Below, piece by piece: positions 10,443 through 19,440 of a DNA stretch of 37,939 nt (positions are counted from its first letter, which is position 1; the number at the start of each line of letters is the position of its first letter). This DNA is from Nitrospina sp. (GTDB lineage: Bacteria; Nitrospinota; Nitrospinia; Nitrospinales; VA-1). The stretch spans positions 1 through 37,939 of the forward strand of contig JABIXH010000146.1 in the NCBI GenBank assembly GCA_018664975.1. Reading direction: 5' to 3'. Made by a program: the position numbers and the translations under genes. A model generated the notes under the pieces. The model had not been told where the DNA came from. It was given only the letters and a program-made list of their open reading frames with translations, and searched no databases.

Positions 10443-12374
10443 ATGCTGAGCACGATTCGAGAACACGCTGATTCCTGGATGATTAAAGCCATCCTTTGGC
10501 TAATTATCCTGGCTTTTATAGGAACCATTTTTTATTCATGGGGAATGGGGGGTTCTTCGGGAACGGGTGGCGGAGCCATAGCAACTGTTGAGGGAGAAAA
10601 AATTTATCAGCAGGAGTACGAACGCACCTTTAATAATCTAGTGGATTTTTATCGGCAACAATTCAGAAATCAGTTTTCTGACGATATGATCAAGAAGCTC
10701 GATTTGAAAACCCAGGCTCTTGAAGCTTTAATCCAGAAAAAATTATTGCTGATGGCCGCCCAGGAACAAAACCTGAAAGTCAGCGATGCAGAACTGATCT
10801 CTCATATCAAAGAGTTACCCGTATTCCAAAAAGACAACAAGTTCAATGATAAAACGTATCGCGACTATCTCCAATTCCAGCGGATTACTCCCGGAGAATT
10901 TGAAGATAATCAGCGCCAAGCCTTGCTTCTGGATAAATTAGAAAAATTGTTTCGAACAAATACCAAAGTTTTACCCAGCGAAATTCGTGAAGCTTTCAAC
11001 AATACAGAGGACAAAGCCAAAATTGATTATGTGCGGTTTAATAATGATCACTTTCAAGTCGAAAAAAGTTTTACTGATCAGGAACTCAATGATTTCTTTA
11101 AAGCCAACGACAAACTGTTCGAGATACCACCACAAATCCAGGTTGAATATGTAAAAGTTGAACCTAAGATATATCTCGAACAAATCGAACCCCGAGAGGA
11201 AGATATACAAGATTATTACCAATCCAAGATTGCTGATTTTCGCGTTAAGAAGACATACCGAGCAAGCCATATCCTCATCCATACAAAGCAATCGGAGATT
11301 GAAGGAGATTCATCTCCCGAAGAAAAACAAAAGCAAGCTGAAGCAAAAGCAAAAGTTCTTGCCACTGAGCTTCGTGGAAAAATCATGGCCGGTGCCGATT
11401 TTGGGGAAACAGCTAAAAAACATTCCGATGACCCCGGGTCCGGGCAACAGGGAGGAAGCCTTGGGGAATTCCCTAAGGGGACCATGGTCTCTGCCTTCGA
11501 AAAGGCTCTCGACAAATTGGAAGTCAATGAAATCAGCAAACCCGTATTAACTCCCTTTGGTTACCACATCATCAAATTAGAGGGTCGAGAAGAGGAAAAG
11601 ATCAAGCCTCTGGAGGCCGTACGAGAAGAAGTGATCCAATCCCTGAAAGAAATCAAGGCTCGTCAAAGGGTTAGAAGAACCGCAAAACATATCCATCAGG
11701 AAGCAGAAAAGAGCAGTGACCTGAAATCGGCCGCAGATAAGAATCAAATTCAAACAAGCACCACCCGTTTTTTCTCAAGGGAAAACCACACTCTGCCAGA
11801 AATTGGAAGTCAGCCCCAATTCTTTACTACTGCGTTTAGTCTGGAAGAGAACAAAATAAGTCAAACTGTAAACACACCTGAAGCCTCTTTCATTTTAAAA
11901 GTCACGGGTAAAAAGGAGGCTTATATTCCAGAATTAAAAGAAGTCAAAGACAAGGTTTTAGCGGCGCTGACTGAGCGGGTAAACCAGGAACACACTTTAT
12001 CAAAATTCAAAGAACTGGAACAAAAACTTTCGCAAGAAAAGAATCTGGAAAAAATGATTCAAGGACTGGACTTGAGTATCCGGCATACACCTTCCTTTAG
12101 CAGGGAGGACTCCATTCCAGGAATTGGAAATATTAAAGAAATAAAGGAACAAGCTTTCACGATGAACCTGGAAGACACTTCCTCTGCGAAAGTGAGAAAC
12201 CGTTTCTACCTTTTCAAGTTAGTGGAAAAAGAGGCGGCAGGGGAACCTGACAAAGAACAAGTCAAAATAATAATCCAACAGATCAAACAGAAAAAAAGCA
12301 GTCAAACATTTCAAGAGTGGGTGGAAAACATGAAAGCCCGCGCAGAAGTCATGATTGACAAAACTCTACTGTAA
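10443..12374 (+). CDS. PpiD-like membrane-anchored chaperone / parvulin peptidyl-prolyl isomerase with SurA N-terminal domain
   Basis: MLSTIRE start + TM anchor, SurA_N region, rotamase motifs RASHILI, AKKHSDD, GGSLG, FGYHII. Confidence 0.9.
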   Translation: MLSTIREHADSWMIKAILWLIILAFIGTIFYSWGMGGSSGTGGGAIATVEGEKIYQQEYERTFNNLVDFYRQQFRNQFSDDMIKKLDLKTQALEALIQKKLLLMAAQEQNLKVSDAELISHIKELPVFQKDNKFNDKTYRDYLQFQRITPGEFEDNQRQALLLDKLEKLFRTNTKVLPSEIREAFNNTEDKAKIDYVRFNNDHFQVEKSFTDQELNDFFKANDKLFEIPPQIQVEYVKVEPKIYLEQIEPREEDIQDYYQSKIADFRVKKTYRASHILIHTKQSEIEGDSSPEEKQKQAEAKAKVLATELRGKIMAGADFGETAKKHSDDPGSGQQGGSLGEFPKGTMVSAFEKALDKLEVNEISKPVLTPFGYHIIKLEGREEEKIKPLEAVREEVIQSLKEIKARQRVRRTAKHIHQEAEKSSDLKSAADKNQIQTSTTRFFSRENHTLPEIGSQPQFFTTAFSLEENKISQTVNTPEASFILKVTGKKEAYIPELKEVKDKVLAALTERVNQEHTLSKFKELEQKLSQEKNLEKMIQGLDLSIRHTPSFSREDSIPGIGNIKEIKEQAFTMNLEDTSSAKVRNRFYLFKLVEKEAAGEPDKEQVKIIIQQIKQKKSSQTFQEWVENMKARAEVMIDKTLL

Positions 12375-12376
12375 CA

Positions 12377-13741
12377 TCAGGTTTGCAAGGTTTTCTTATA
12401 CAACCGGTGAATTGCCAGAATTTTTTTTGTCAATGACTCCATATCATCAGCAATAACACGAATCATCTCTTCCTTTCGTATTCCTCCCAGATCATAAATA
12501 ATATCTGGAACCGAACCATATTCCATAAGTGCATTTTGAGTTCCCCACTCCAAGGATGACCCTTCCCGCACCCTTATTTTTTTAGGCTCATCAGCTCTAT
12601 CAAAAGAAGAAATTTTATACCGCAGGCGATGACAAATCTTTAATAACGCATCGGTATATTTGATATTCATGACTGCACGTTTTTCGGAATCCCAGCGCAT
12701 AGTCGTTAACACAATGTTTGCGACATGCCTGGAGCCACCGAACTCAGGTTCGGCACCGGTGAAAATATCATCTCCATTTTTTATGATTCGGCCGGGAATA
12801 GCAAGAACATCTCCATGATTTTTCGCATTACGTAGAGCCAACCCGATATTAGTTTGAACTTCCGGAATTAATTGTCCGATTCTTTCTTCCCTGAATATCT
12901 GAATGGCCCGATTCATTTCCTCCCTTGCATGGGCTTTCTCCCCTTCTCGATAAAGCATCGCTAAGGGTTCGACACTCGCCTTGCCCTTACCAGAGACTAC
13001 TTCTCCAAGAATGGCCTTACCAATAAAATCCTTCGCCGCTTTTACTGCCGGCAAAGTCTGCCAACCTAAAGCAAGTCCGGCAGTAATGGCTGATGAAAAA
13101 ACACAACCTGTTCCATGCGGATCCGAGTTCGATAAACGCTCCGAACTTAAAACTTCCATACCGGTACTATCCATAAAAAGATCCTCCGGTTTTCCCTTCA
13201 AATGTCCTCCGGTTAACACTACCGCCCGCACTCCTGTCTTAAGTATTTCTCGCGCCGCACGTTTCCTATCAGCAGGTTGGCGTATTTTTATTCCCGATAA
13301 TATTTCTGCCTCTTTAATATTTGGAGTTACCAGATGAGCCAAAGGGAGTAAGCGCTTTTTCATCATCTCAACCCCAGATTGGGTAAGTAGCTTTTTACCG
13401 GAAGTAGAAAAAATGACAGGATCAACGACCAGTTTTTTAATCTTGTAACGCTTGAGCAAGGCGGCTACCCGGTTGACAATATGCTCATTGCCTAACATGC
13501 CTGTTTTAACTGCCTGGCATTTATCGTCCTCCAGTATGGATTTAAGCTGGCTTTCCACTACGCTTACCGGCAAATCATCGACAGCTTGGACTCCCAGGGT
13601 ATTCTGCGAGGTGACGGAGGTTATCACCGTTTTACCAAATACCCCCAAAACAGAAAAAGTTTTAAGATCGGCTTGTATTCCCGCCCCTCCTCCGGAATCC
13701 GACCCGGCGATCGTTAAAGCTACTGAAATTCTATCAGACAT
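12377..13741 (-). CDS. thiDN: Fused HMP/HMP-P kinase (ThiD) - thiamine-phosphate synthase (ThiN)
   Basis: N-terminal [26 protein letters not shown]; C-terminal ThiN motifs [33 protein letters not shown]. Confidence 0.9.
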   Translation of the reverse strand: MSDRISVALTIAGSDSGGGAGIQADLKTFSVLGVFGKTVITSVTSQNTLGVQAVDDLPVSVVESQLKSILEDDKCQAVKTGMLGNEHIVNRVAALLKRYKIKKLVVDPVIFSTSGKKLLTQSGVEMMKKRLLPLAHLVTPNIKEAEILSGIKIRQPADRKRAAREILKTGVRAVVLTGGHLKGKPEDLFMDSTGMEVLSSERLSNSDPHGTGCVFSSAITAGLALGWQTLPAVKAAKDFIGKAILGEVVSGKGKASVEPLAMLYREGEKAHAREEMNRAIQIFREERIGQLIPEVQTNIGLALRNAKNHGDVLAIPGRIIKNGDDIFTGAEPEFGGSRHVANIVLTTMRWDSEKRAVMNIKYTDALLKICHRLRYKISSFDRADEPKKIRVREGSSLEWGTQNALMEYGSVPDIIYDLGGIRKEEMIRVIADDMESLTKKILAIHRLYKKTLQT

Positions 13742-13833
13742 AAAATAATCTCATTAAAGTAAAAAAAAGGAGGGTTTAATGTAACAGACCGCCTTGAAAC
13801 CTGGCAATAAAATATTAACCGCTGAAAATTTCT

Positions 13834-15654
13834 TCAGGCAACGGTAACAGATTTGGCAAGAGATCGAGGTTTATCGATATTACGCTTCAGGGAGGTAGCA
13901 GTAAAATATGCAAACAACTGGCCAATGACCAGTTGAACAAGAGGAGCCGTCAGAGGGGGCACATTAGGCAAGATAAGCTCTTCACTATAAAGATCCTGGT
14001 TTTTTCCTTGTTGAGTGAAATGAATTCCCAAAACAAAACCTGACCGGGCGCGAATTTCTTCTATGCTGTGCAGAGTAGATTCGTAAAGCGCTTTATCTTC
14101 AGGAGGAGGAACAAATACTATCGAAAAAACATCATCATCAATCATAGCCAGTGTCCCGTGCTTTAAAAATCCACCCGGCATGCCTTCGGCATGAATGTAA
14201 GCAACCTCTTTCATTTTTAAAGCCGACTCCAAAGCAATGGGGTAGTAAACCCCACGCCCCAAATAGAGCCAATTGCGGCTCTTCGAATATTTACTGGCAA
14301 GGCGGTGAATAAAGCCGGATCGCTCATTCAAAATTCCCTGAATAATTTCAGGAAGCTCTTGCAAAGCTTTCAGATGCAGGTTGTAGGTTTTGCGGGTGAT
14401 TACTTTCTTTTTTAATGCAAGCTTCATAGCCACTAGGGTTAGTATCACCATTTGCGACATTGCGGCCTTGGTGCTGATCACGCAGATTTCAGGTCCCGAC
14501 CCTTGCAAAACAACTTTGTCTACCAGCCGGGCAATAGAAGAACCCATGACATTGACAACTGCCGCCGTTCGGGCGCCCTTGGCTTTGGCATGCTTCAATG
14601 CAGACAAGGTGTCAAATGTCTCACCCGACTGCGAAGCAGAAAACACCAGAGACTGTTTATTTACGTTGGCCAATGCCATAAATTCATCAGAACTGATCGA
14701 GGGAAAAAATTCTTGTGCCAATTGCGAAAATACATACTTGGCATATTTTGCTACATAAAAGGTCGTGCCCACGCCAAGCAAATAGGAGTTCCGCGATTTT
14801 GCAAATAAATCAACAACTGCATCTAATCCTGAAGGCTCCAAATCCAGTGCATTGGAGATGGTTTGGGGCTGTTCATAGATTTCTTTAAGCATATAATGTG
14901 GATAGCCACCCTTTTTGGAAGTCTCGCTGTCCCATTCAATTTTAATAATGGGCTTGGAAATTTCCTCTTTACTCAGTAGATTTTTTACAACATAGGTATC
15001 CCGAGATAGAATGGCGTACTCTCCATCATCCAGGATAACAGCATTTTTTGTATGGTCGATAAATGCATTAAAATCCGACCCCACAAACTTAATTTCATCA
15101 CCAATTCCCAACATCAGAGGGGATTCCCTTTTTGCGCAAAATATTTGCTCTGGAAGGTAAGAGGTAATAAAAGCTAATGCAAAGGTTCCTTCAATAAGGT
15201 TGAGCACCTTAATCAAGGCTTTTTCCACATTGCGACTACGGCTATAGAACTTTTCAAGAAGATGGGAAAGAATTTCGGTATCCGTGTCAGAAGAAAACTT
15301 GAAACCTTCCTTTTGTAATTGATCCCTCAAGGGTCGATAATTGGAAATAATTCCATTATGAACCACTGCAAAATTACCATCGGAAGAAGTAAACGGATGA
15401 GTATTTTCCCGCGTCACTTTTCCATGAGTTGCCCAGCGCGTATGGGCAATTCCTATCTTGCTTTTCAATTGCAGGACATTGTGTTTGCGATAAAACTCTT
15501 CCACTCCGCCAATATCTTTTTTGATGAGAAGACGAGTTTTATTCATCAAGGCCACGCCACAAGAGTCGTAACCTCGGTATTCTAAATTCCTGATTCCCTC
15601 AAAAAGAAGTTCGGATATATTCTTCAATCCGACAGCACCACTAATTCCACACAT
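13834..15654 (-). CDS. glmS: Glutamine--fructose-6-phosphate aminotransferase (isomerizing)
   Basis: MCGI Ntn nucleophile, EYRGYDS, AHTRWATHG, HNGII, SQSGET, LKMKE, KHG, LAKSVTV. Confidence 0.96.
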   Translation of the reverse strand: MCGISGAVGLKNISELLFEGIRNLEYRGYDSCGVALMNKTRLLIKKDIGGVEEFYRKHNVLQLKSKIGIAHTRWATHGKVTRENTHPFTSSDGNFAVVHNGIISNYRPLRDQLQKEGFKFSSDTDTEILSHLLEKFYSRSRNVEKALIKVLNLIEGTFALAFITSYLPEQIFCAKRESPLMLGIGDEIKFVGSDFNAFIDHTKNAVILDDGEYAILSRDTYVVKNLLSKEEISKPIIKIEWDSETSKKGGYPHYMLKEIYEQPQTISNALDLEPSGLDAVVDLFAKSRNSYLLGVGTTFYVAKYAKYVFSQLAQEFFPSISSDEFMALANVNKQSLVFSASQSGETFDTLSALKHAKAKGARTAAVVNVMGSSIARLVDKVVLQGSGPEICVISTKAAMSQMVILTLVAMKLALKKKVITRKTYNLHLKALQELPEIIQGILNERSGFIHRLASKYSKSRNWLYLGRGVYYPIALESALKMKEVAYIHAEGMPGGFLKHGTLAMIDDDVFSIVFVPPPEDKALYESTLHSIEEIRARSGFVLGIHFTQQGKNQDLYSEELILPNVPPLTAPLVQLVIGQLFAYFTATSLKRNIDKPRSLAKSVTVA

Positions 15655-15664
15655 ATATTTCCTG

Positions 15665-16870
15665 TTATTTTTGATTCACGGTATAGCAAGCAGGAAGGAT
15701 TTTCCCAGGCGCAACAACCGTGCCGGGTTGAAGGGTATTCCCCGCACCCACAACAACACCATCCCCCAAAAAAGCACCGAGTTTTGTCAATCCTGTCTCT
15801 ATTTTGCGTTTTCCATTTTTTACAGAAATAGGTTTCCAGTCAACAGTTCGGTTAACTGTCATACACCCTGCCCCCATATCCACATTTTCGCCCAGCACAC
15901 TGTCTCCCACAAAAGAGAGTCGGCCAATTTGGGAATTGTCCATTACTACACAATTTTTTAATTCCACACCACTTCCCACTGAACATTTTTTTCCAACAGA
16001 AGTATAGCTCCGGATAAGGGAATTGTTGCCAATATAGCTTCCCTCCCCTATGCAACAAGGGCCTTCCAGAACAGCACCCGATTTAATAATCGCCCCGGCC
16101 TCAATGCGCACAATTCCTTGCAGAGTAACGTTAGCTTCCAGCACTGCATTCTTGGCGATGGAAGATTCCTGCCAGGAGTCCATGATCATCTTATTCGCTG
16201 TTAAAATTTCCCAGGGATAAACCACATCCAACCATTCATCCTCCCACATGGAAGCACGCAGTCCTTCACCTGCCACCACTTTCTTCAATGCTTTCTCCAT
16301 GGATTTACCTGAAGATTCGAGCAACTTGAAAAAAGACGCCGGCAATACAAATACCCCAGACAAGACATAATTCCCAAGATTGTTTCCCTTGGGCTTTTCG
16401 ATAATTTTTGTGATTTCCATCCGTGCATTCAGGAACACATTGCCAAACATCTGATTAGAGGGAGGGAGGCAAATAGAAGCAACGGGACATTTGAAAGAAT
16501 GAAAAGATTGCTGAACTTTGCTGAAAATATTTTCTGCCGTCAAGGTATCCCCGTATAAAAGCAGGAAATATTCACCGGGGGAGATTTTATTTTTAACCTG
16601 CATCACCGCATCACCAATACCAAGCTTGCGTTTTTGCTCTACATAATGCAGGTTTAATCCATTATGAGACTGTTCCTGAAGCCGTTCGATTAACTTTTCC
16701 TGTTTATGACCCACCACCACAAAGATATCGTTAATGCCGGCATTTTTGAGCAAACTAAAAGTGTTGTCCAGCAGAGTTCGTCCCGCAATCCCAATCATGG
16801 AGATAGGTCGGGTTTCTGAAAAAGGACTAATATGGGTGCCTTCACCTGCGGCAAGGATTATAGCTTTCAT
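15665..16870 (-). CDS. Archaeal-type GlmU-like protein (nucleotidyltransferase fold + left-handed beta-helix) with degenerate catalytic motifs
   Basis: ILAAGEGT, YGD, EKP, WLDVVYPWEILTAN linker, hexapeptide repeats, GDSVLGENV, KLGAFLGD. Confidence 0.85.
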   Translation of the reverse strand: MKAIILAAGEGTHISPFSETRPISMIGIAGRTLLDNTFSLLKNAGINDIFVVVGHKQEKLIERLQEQSHNGLNLHYVEQKRKLGIGDAVMQVKNKISPGEYFLLLYGDTLTAENIFSKVQQSFHSFKCPVASICLPPSNQMFGNVFLNARMEITKIIEKPKGNNLGNYVLSGVFVLPASFFKLLESSGKSMEKALKKVVAGEGLRASMWEDEWLDVVYPWEILTANKMIMDSWQESSIAKNAVLEANVTLQGIVRIEAGAIIKSGAVLEGPCCIGEGSYIGNNSLIRSYTSVGKKCSVGSGVELKNCVVMDNSQIGRLSFVGDSVLGENVDMGAGCMTVNRTVDWKPISVKNGKRKIETGLTKLGAFLGDGVVVGAGNTLQPGTVVAPGKILPACYTVNQK

Positions 16871-16904
16871 TTGAGCAAATCCTGATTAGGAAGGAAATAG
16901 TTAG

Positions 16905-17651
16905 CTATGCGTGATGGTCCTTGAGAAGTCGTTCAGCCCGGCTCAAATCATCCGGGGAATTGATACCCAGTATCTCATCTGCGTCTGTGGTCTGAATTGC
17001 CTGAACAGAATATTCGTTTCGCACCAGACATTTTATTGTATCGGTTAAATAATATTCTTTCTGAGCATTATCAGCGCCAATATGCTCTAAGGCCTTAAAA
17101 AACAACCTATTGTCAAAACAATATACTCCGGAGTTGAATTCGTCAACTTTTTTCTCAGCTTCCGAAGCGTCTTTCAGTTCTACAATTTTTAATATGGTCC
17201 CATCTTCGTCACGAATGATCCTGCCAAAATCATGTCTCTCACTACTTTTCAAGGTTAAAAGCGTGCATTTTGCTCCATTATATTTATGCTCATCAAGCAA
17301 ACGTCCCAGAGTATCCAGCCGAATCAATGGCATATCTCCACATAAAACCACTAACCGTCCTTCAAAGTTTTCCAGCTTCGATTTGACCTGTTGGGCGGCG
17401 TGGCCAGTACCCAACTGCTCACTCTGAATCACGAACTCCAAACCTCGATCCGCAAAGGCTTCTTTGACCTGATCGGCCTGATGGCCTACTACTACTATAG
17501 TCCGAGTGGGATTTAATTTAGAAGAAAGATCAAGCACATAGTCCAGAAGGGGACGGCCAGCTAAGGGAATGAGAACTTTTGCAAGGGGGGATTTCATGCG
17601 GGTGCCTTTACCCGCCGCTAATACGAGGACCGCTAAGTCTTGATTTTGCAT
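16905..17651 (-). CDS. Stand-alone GlmU N-terminal domain (GlcNAc-1-phosphate uridyltransferase), lacking the acetyltransferase domain
   Basis: LAAGKGTRMKS---KVL, EQLGTGHA, GDMPL, GRIIR, IVE-KDA, E-NSG-Y, NAQKEYYLTD, GIN; stops at 248 aa. Confidence 0.9.
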   Translation of the reverse strand: MQNQDLAVLVLAAGKGTRMKSPLAKVLIPLAGRPLLDYVLDLSSKLNPTRTIVVVGHQADQVKEAFADRGLEFVIQSEQLGTGHAAQQVKSKLENFEGRLVVLCGDMPLIRLDTLGRLLDEHKYNGAKCTLLTLKSSERHDFGRIIRDEDGTILKIVELKDASEAEKKVDEFNSGVYCFDNRLFFKALEHIGADNAQKEYYLTDTIKCLVRNEYSVQAIQTTDADEILGINSPDDLSRAERLLKDHHA

Positions 17652-17914
17652 TCAATTTTATATTCGGCAATTTTTTTTCTTAATGTGTTGCGATTGATTC
17701 CTAAAATATTTGCGGCCTTGGTCTGGTTGCCGTTGGTTTCCTTTAAAACAATTTCAACCAGCGGTTTTTCAATTCCTCCCATGATCAACTCATGCAGATG
17801 CCCGTTGTTTCTCTCATCCATCGCGCCGACATATTGCCGGATGGATTTGTCTAACCATTTTTCCAGAAAAGTTGTAACTTGTTTTTGGGTTTTTTGCATA
17901 GCAGGAGGATTCAT
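17633..17914 (-). CDS. fis: Fis-family nucleoid-associated DNA-binding protein
   Basis: 93 aa; EKPL--VL--TNGNQTKAANILGINRNTLRKK helix-turn-helix typical of Fis. Confidence 0.8.
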   Translation of the reverse strand: MNPPAMQKTQKQVTTFLEKWLDKSIRQYVGAMDERNNGHLHELIMGGIEKPLVEIVLKETNGNQTKAANILGINRNTLRKKIAEYKIECKIKT

Positions 17915-17977
17915 TACAGCCCTGAGTTCAATTACGGTGACGTCCTCCCCAGGGTCTTATATGGCTTGAATGCGAGG

Positions 17978-18006
17978 ATATTATCAGACTCACCCCGAGT
18001 GGTCAA
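17978..18006 (-). promoter_or_regulatory. Putative sigma70 promoter of the fis-glmU-glmS unit
   Basis: Minus strand TTGACC-17 nt-TAATAT. Confidence 0.5.
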
Positions 18007-18120
18007 GCCTGGACTTGCAGGCTTTTGTAAACCATGCAATTACAAGTTGATTCCACTCCAACGCTTGGTCTAAGATGAAATAATATTATCCATAACCTTT
18101 TAACCATTGCTTTCTACTCC

Positions 18121-19440
18121 ATGAGAATTGCCTGCATTACCTTGGGATGCCGAACTAACCAGCACGACACAGCAGAAATGCAGACCCTGCTTGAGCAGGA
18201 AGGCTTTTCTATCGTCAACGGCAAAGAAAAAGCCGATGCCTATGTCATCAATACCTGTACGGTGACACAACGCAGTGATACCAGTTCCCGTCTTGCGGTT
18301 AAAAAATCCCTGGCCATCAACCCCGATGCTCTGGTTGTATTCACAGGATGCTACGCACAGTTGAACCCGGAAGAGGCCTCGCAAATCCACGGGCTCGACG
18401 TTGTACTTGGCAATGCCGACAAACTGGAAATTGCTAACCTTATAAAAAAGAAACTGTTAAACCCTGGCCAGCCGTGGGAAAAAGAAGAATCCACCGAAAT
18501 CATCATGTCCGACATCCATAGAAAACGGATATTCAGGACCATCCCGGTGCAGAATTTTCAAGGCATGACCAAAGCCTTCATCAAAGTCCAAACAGGCTGT
18601 GACGAGAGGTGTTCTTTCTGCACAGTTGTCAAAGCGCGTGGCAAGTCAGTCAGCGATACGCGGGAAAACATTCTTCAAAATGTAGAACAGGCTATTGCTT
18701 CCGGGTTTAAGGAAATCACCCTCACCGGCATCAATCTGGGTACCTGGGGAATGGAGCGAAACGAAACTTTTTCCTCTCTGGTTTATGATATCGTTGAACT
18801 TTCAGGAGATTTTCGAGTTCGGTTGAGTTCAATCAACCCCATGGAAATTGATAACGATCTCATACAGATGATGGCAGAAACTGAGAAGTTATGTTCACAC
18901 CTTCACATTCCATTACAAAGCGGTGACGATAACATCTTAAAAGCCATGCGCAGAAATTATAACCGCCGCCAATACCTCGATGTAGTTCAAAGAGCTATCA
19001 CCGCCATTCCCGGGTTGGGACTTGGGGCAGATGTTATCGTTGGCTTTCCCGGCGAAACCGAAGAAGCGTTCGAAAATACCCGCAGTCTGATAGAGCAATT
19101 TCCATTTTCCTATCTGCATGTATTTTCCTACTCACCACGCCGAGGTACTGAGGCCCACCAGATCAAAGACAGTGTCCCGGGAAATATCAAGAAACAAAGA
19201 AATCAGATATTGACACAACTGGTCCATCAAAAAGCATTGAAATATCGTGAACAATTTATAGATCAATCCGAAACCGTCCTCATTGAAAATCAACGAGACA
19301 CGAAATCCGGATGGCTTAAAGGCCATACCAGTAATTATATTCCGGTCATTCTGGAAGGTTCTGACTCATTAAAAAATAGCCTGGTTCCCGTCACCCTACA
19401 GAATATTTCCGAAAAACAGGTCACAGGATGCGTCCAGTAA
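18121..19440 (+). CDS. mtaB: tRNA t6A37 methylthiotransferase
   Basis: TLGC--N UPF0004 domain, INTCTVT, FIKVQTGCDERCSFC radical-SAM motif, LHVFSYSPR-GT, TRAM-like C-terminus. Confidence 0.88.
   Translation: MRIACITLGCRTNQHDTAEMQTLLEQEGFSIVNGKEKADAYVINTCTVTQRSDTSSRLAVKKSLAINPDALVVFTGCYAQLNPEEASQIHGLDVVLGNADKLEIANLIKKKLLNPGQPWEKEESTEIIMSDIHRKRIFRTIPVQNFQGMTKAFIKVQTGCDERCSFCTVVKARGKSVSDTRENILQNVEQAIASGFKEITLTGINLGTWGMERNETFSSLVYDIVELSGDFRVRLSSINPMEIDNDLIQMMAETEKLCSHLHIPLQSGDDNILKAMRRNYNRRQYLDVVQRAITAIPGLGLGADVIVGFPGETEEAFENTRSLIEQFPFSYLHVFSYSPRRGTEAHQIKDSVPGNIKKQRNQILTQLVHQKALKYREQFIDQSETVLIENQRDTKSGWLKGHTSNYIPVILEGSDSLKNSLVPVTLQNISEKQVTGCVQ

Noticed and set aside
13801-13810. CTGGCAATAA (also TTGCTGGCA near 34877) as further copies of the dispersed element
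   Set aside because: Only 9-10 nt match; the flanking blocks are absent
15655-15664. glmS ribozyme
   Set aside because: Only 10 nt separate glmS from the upstream gene
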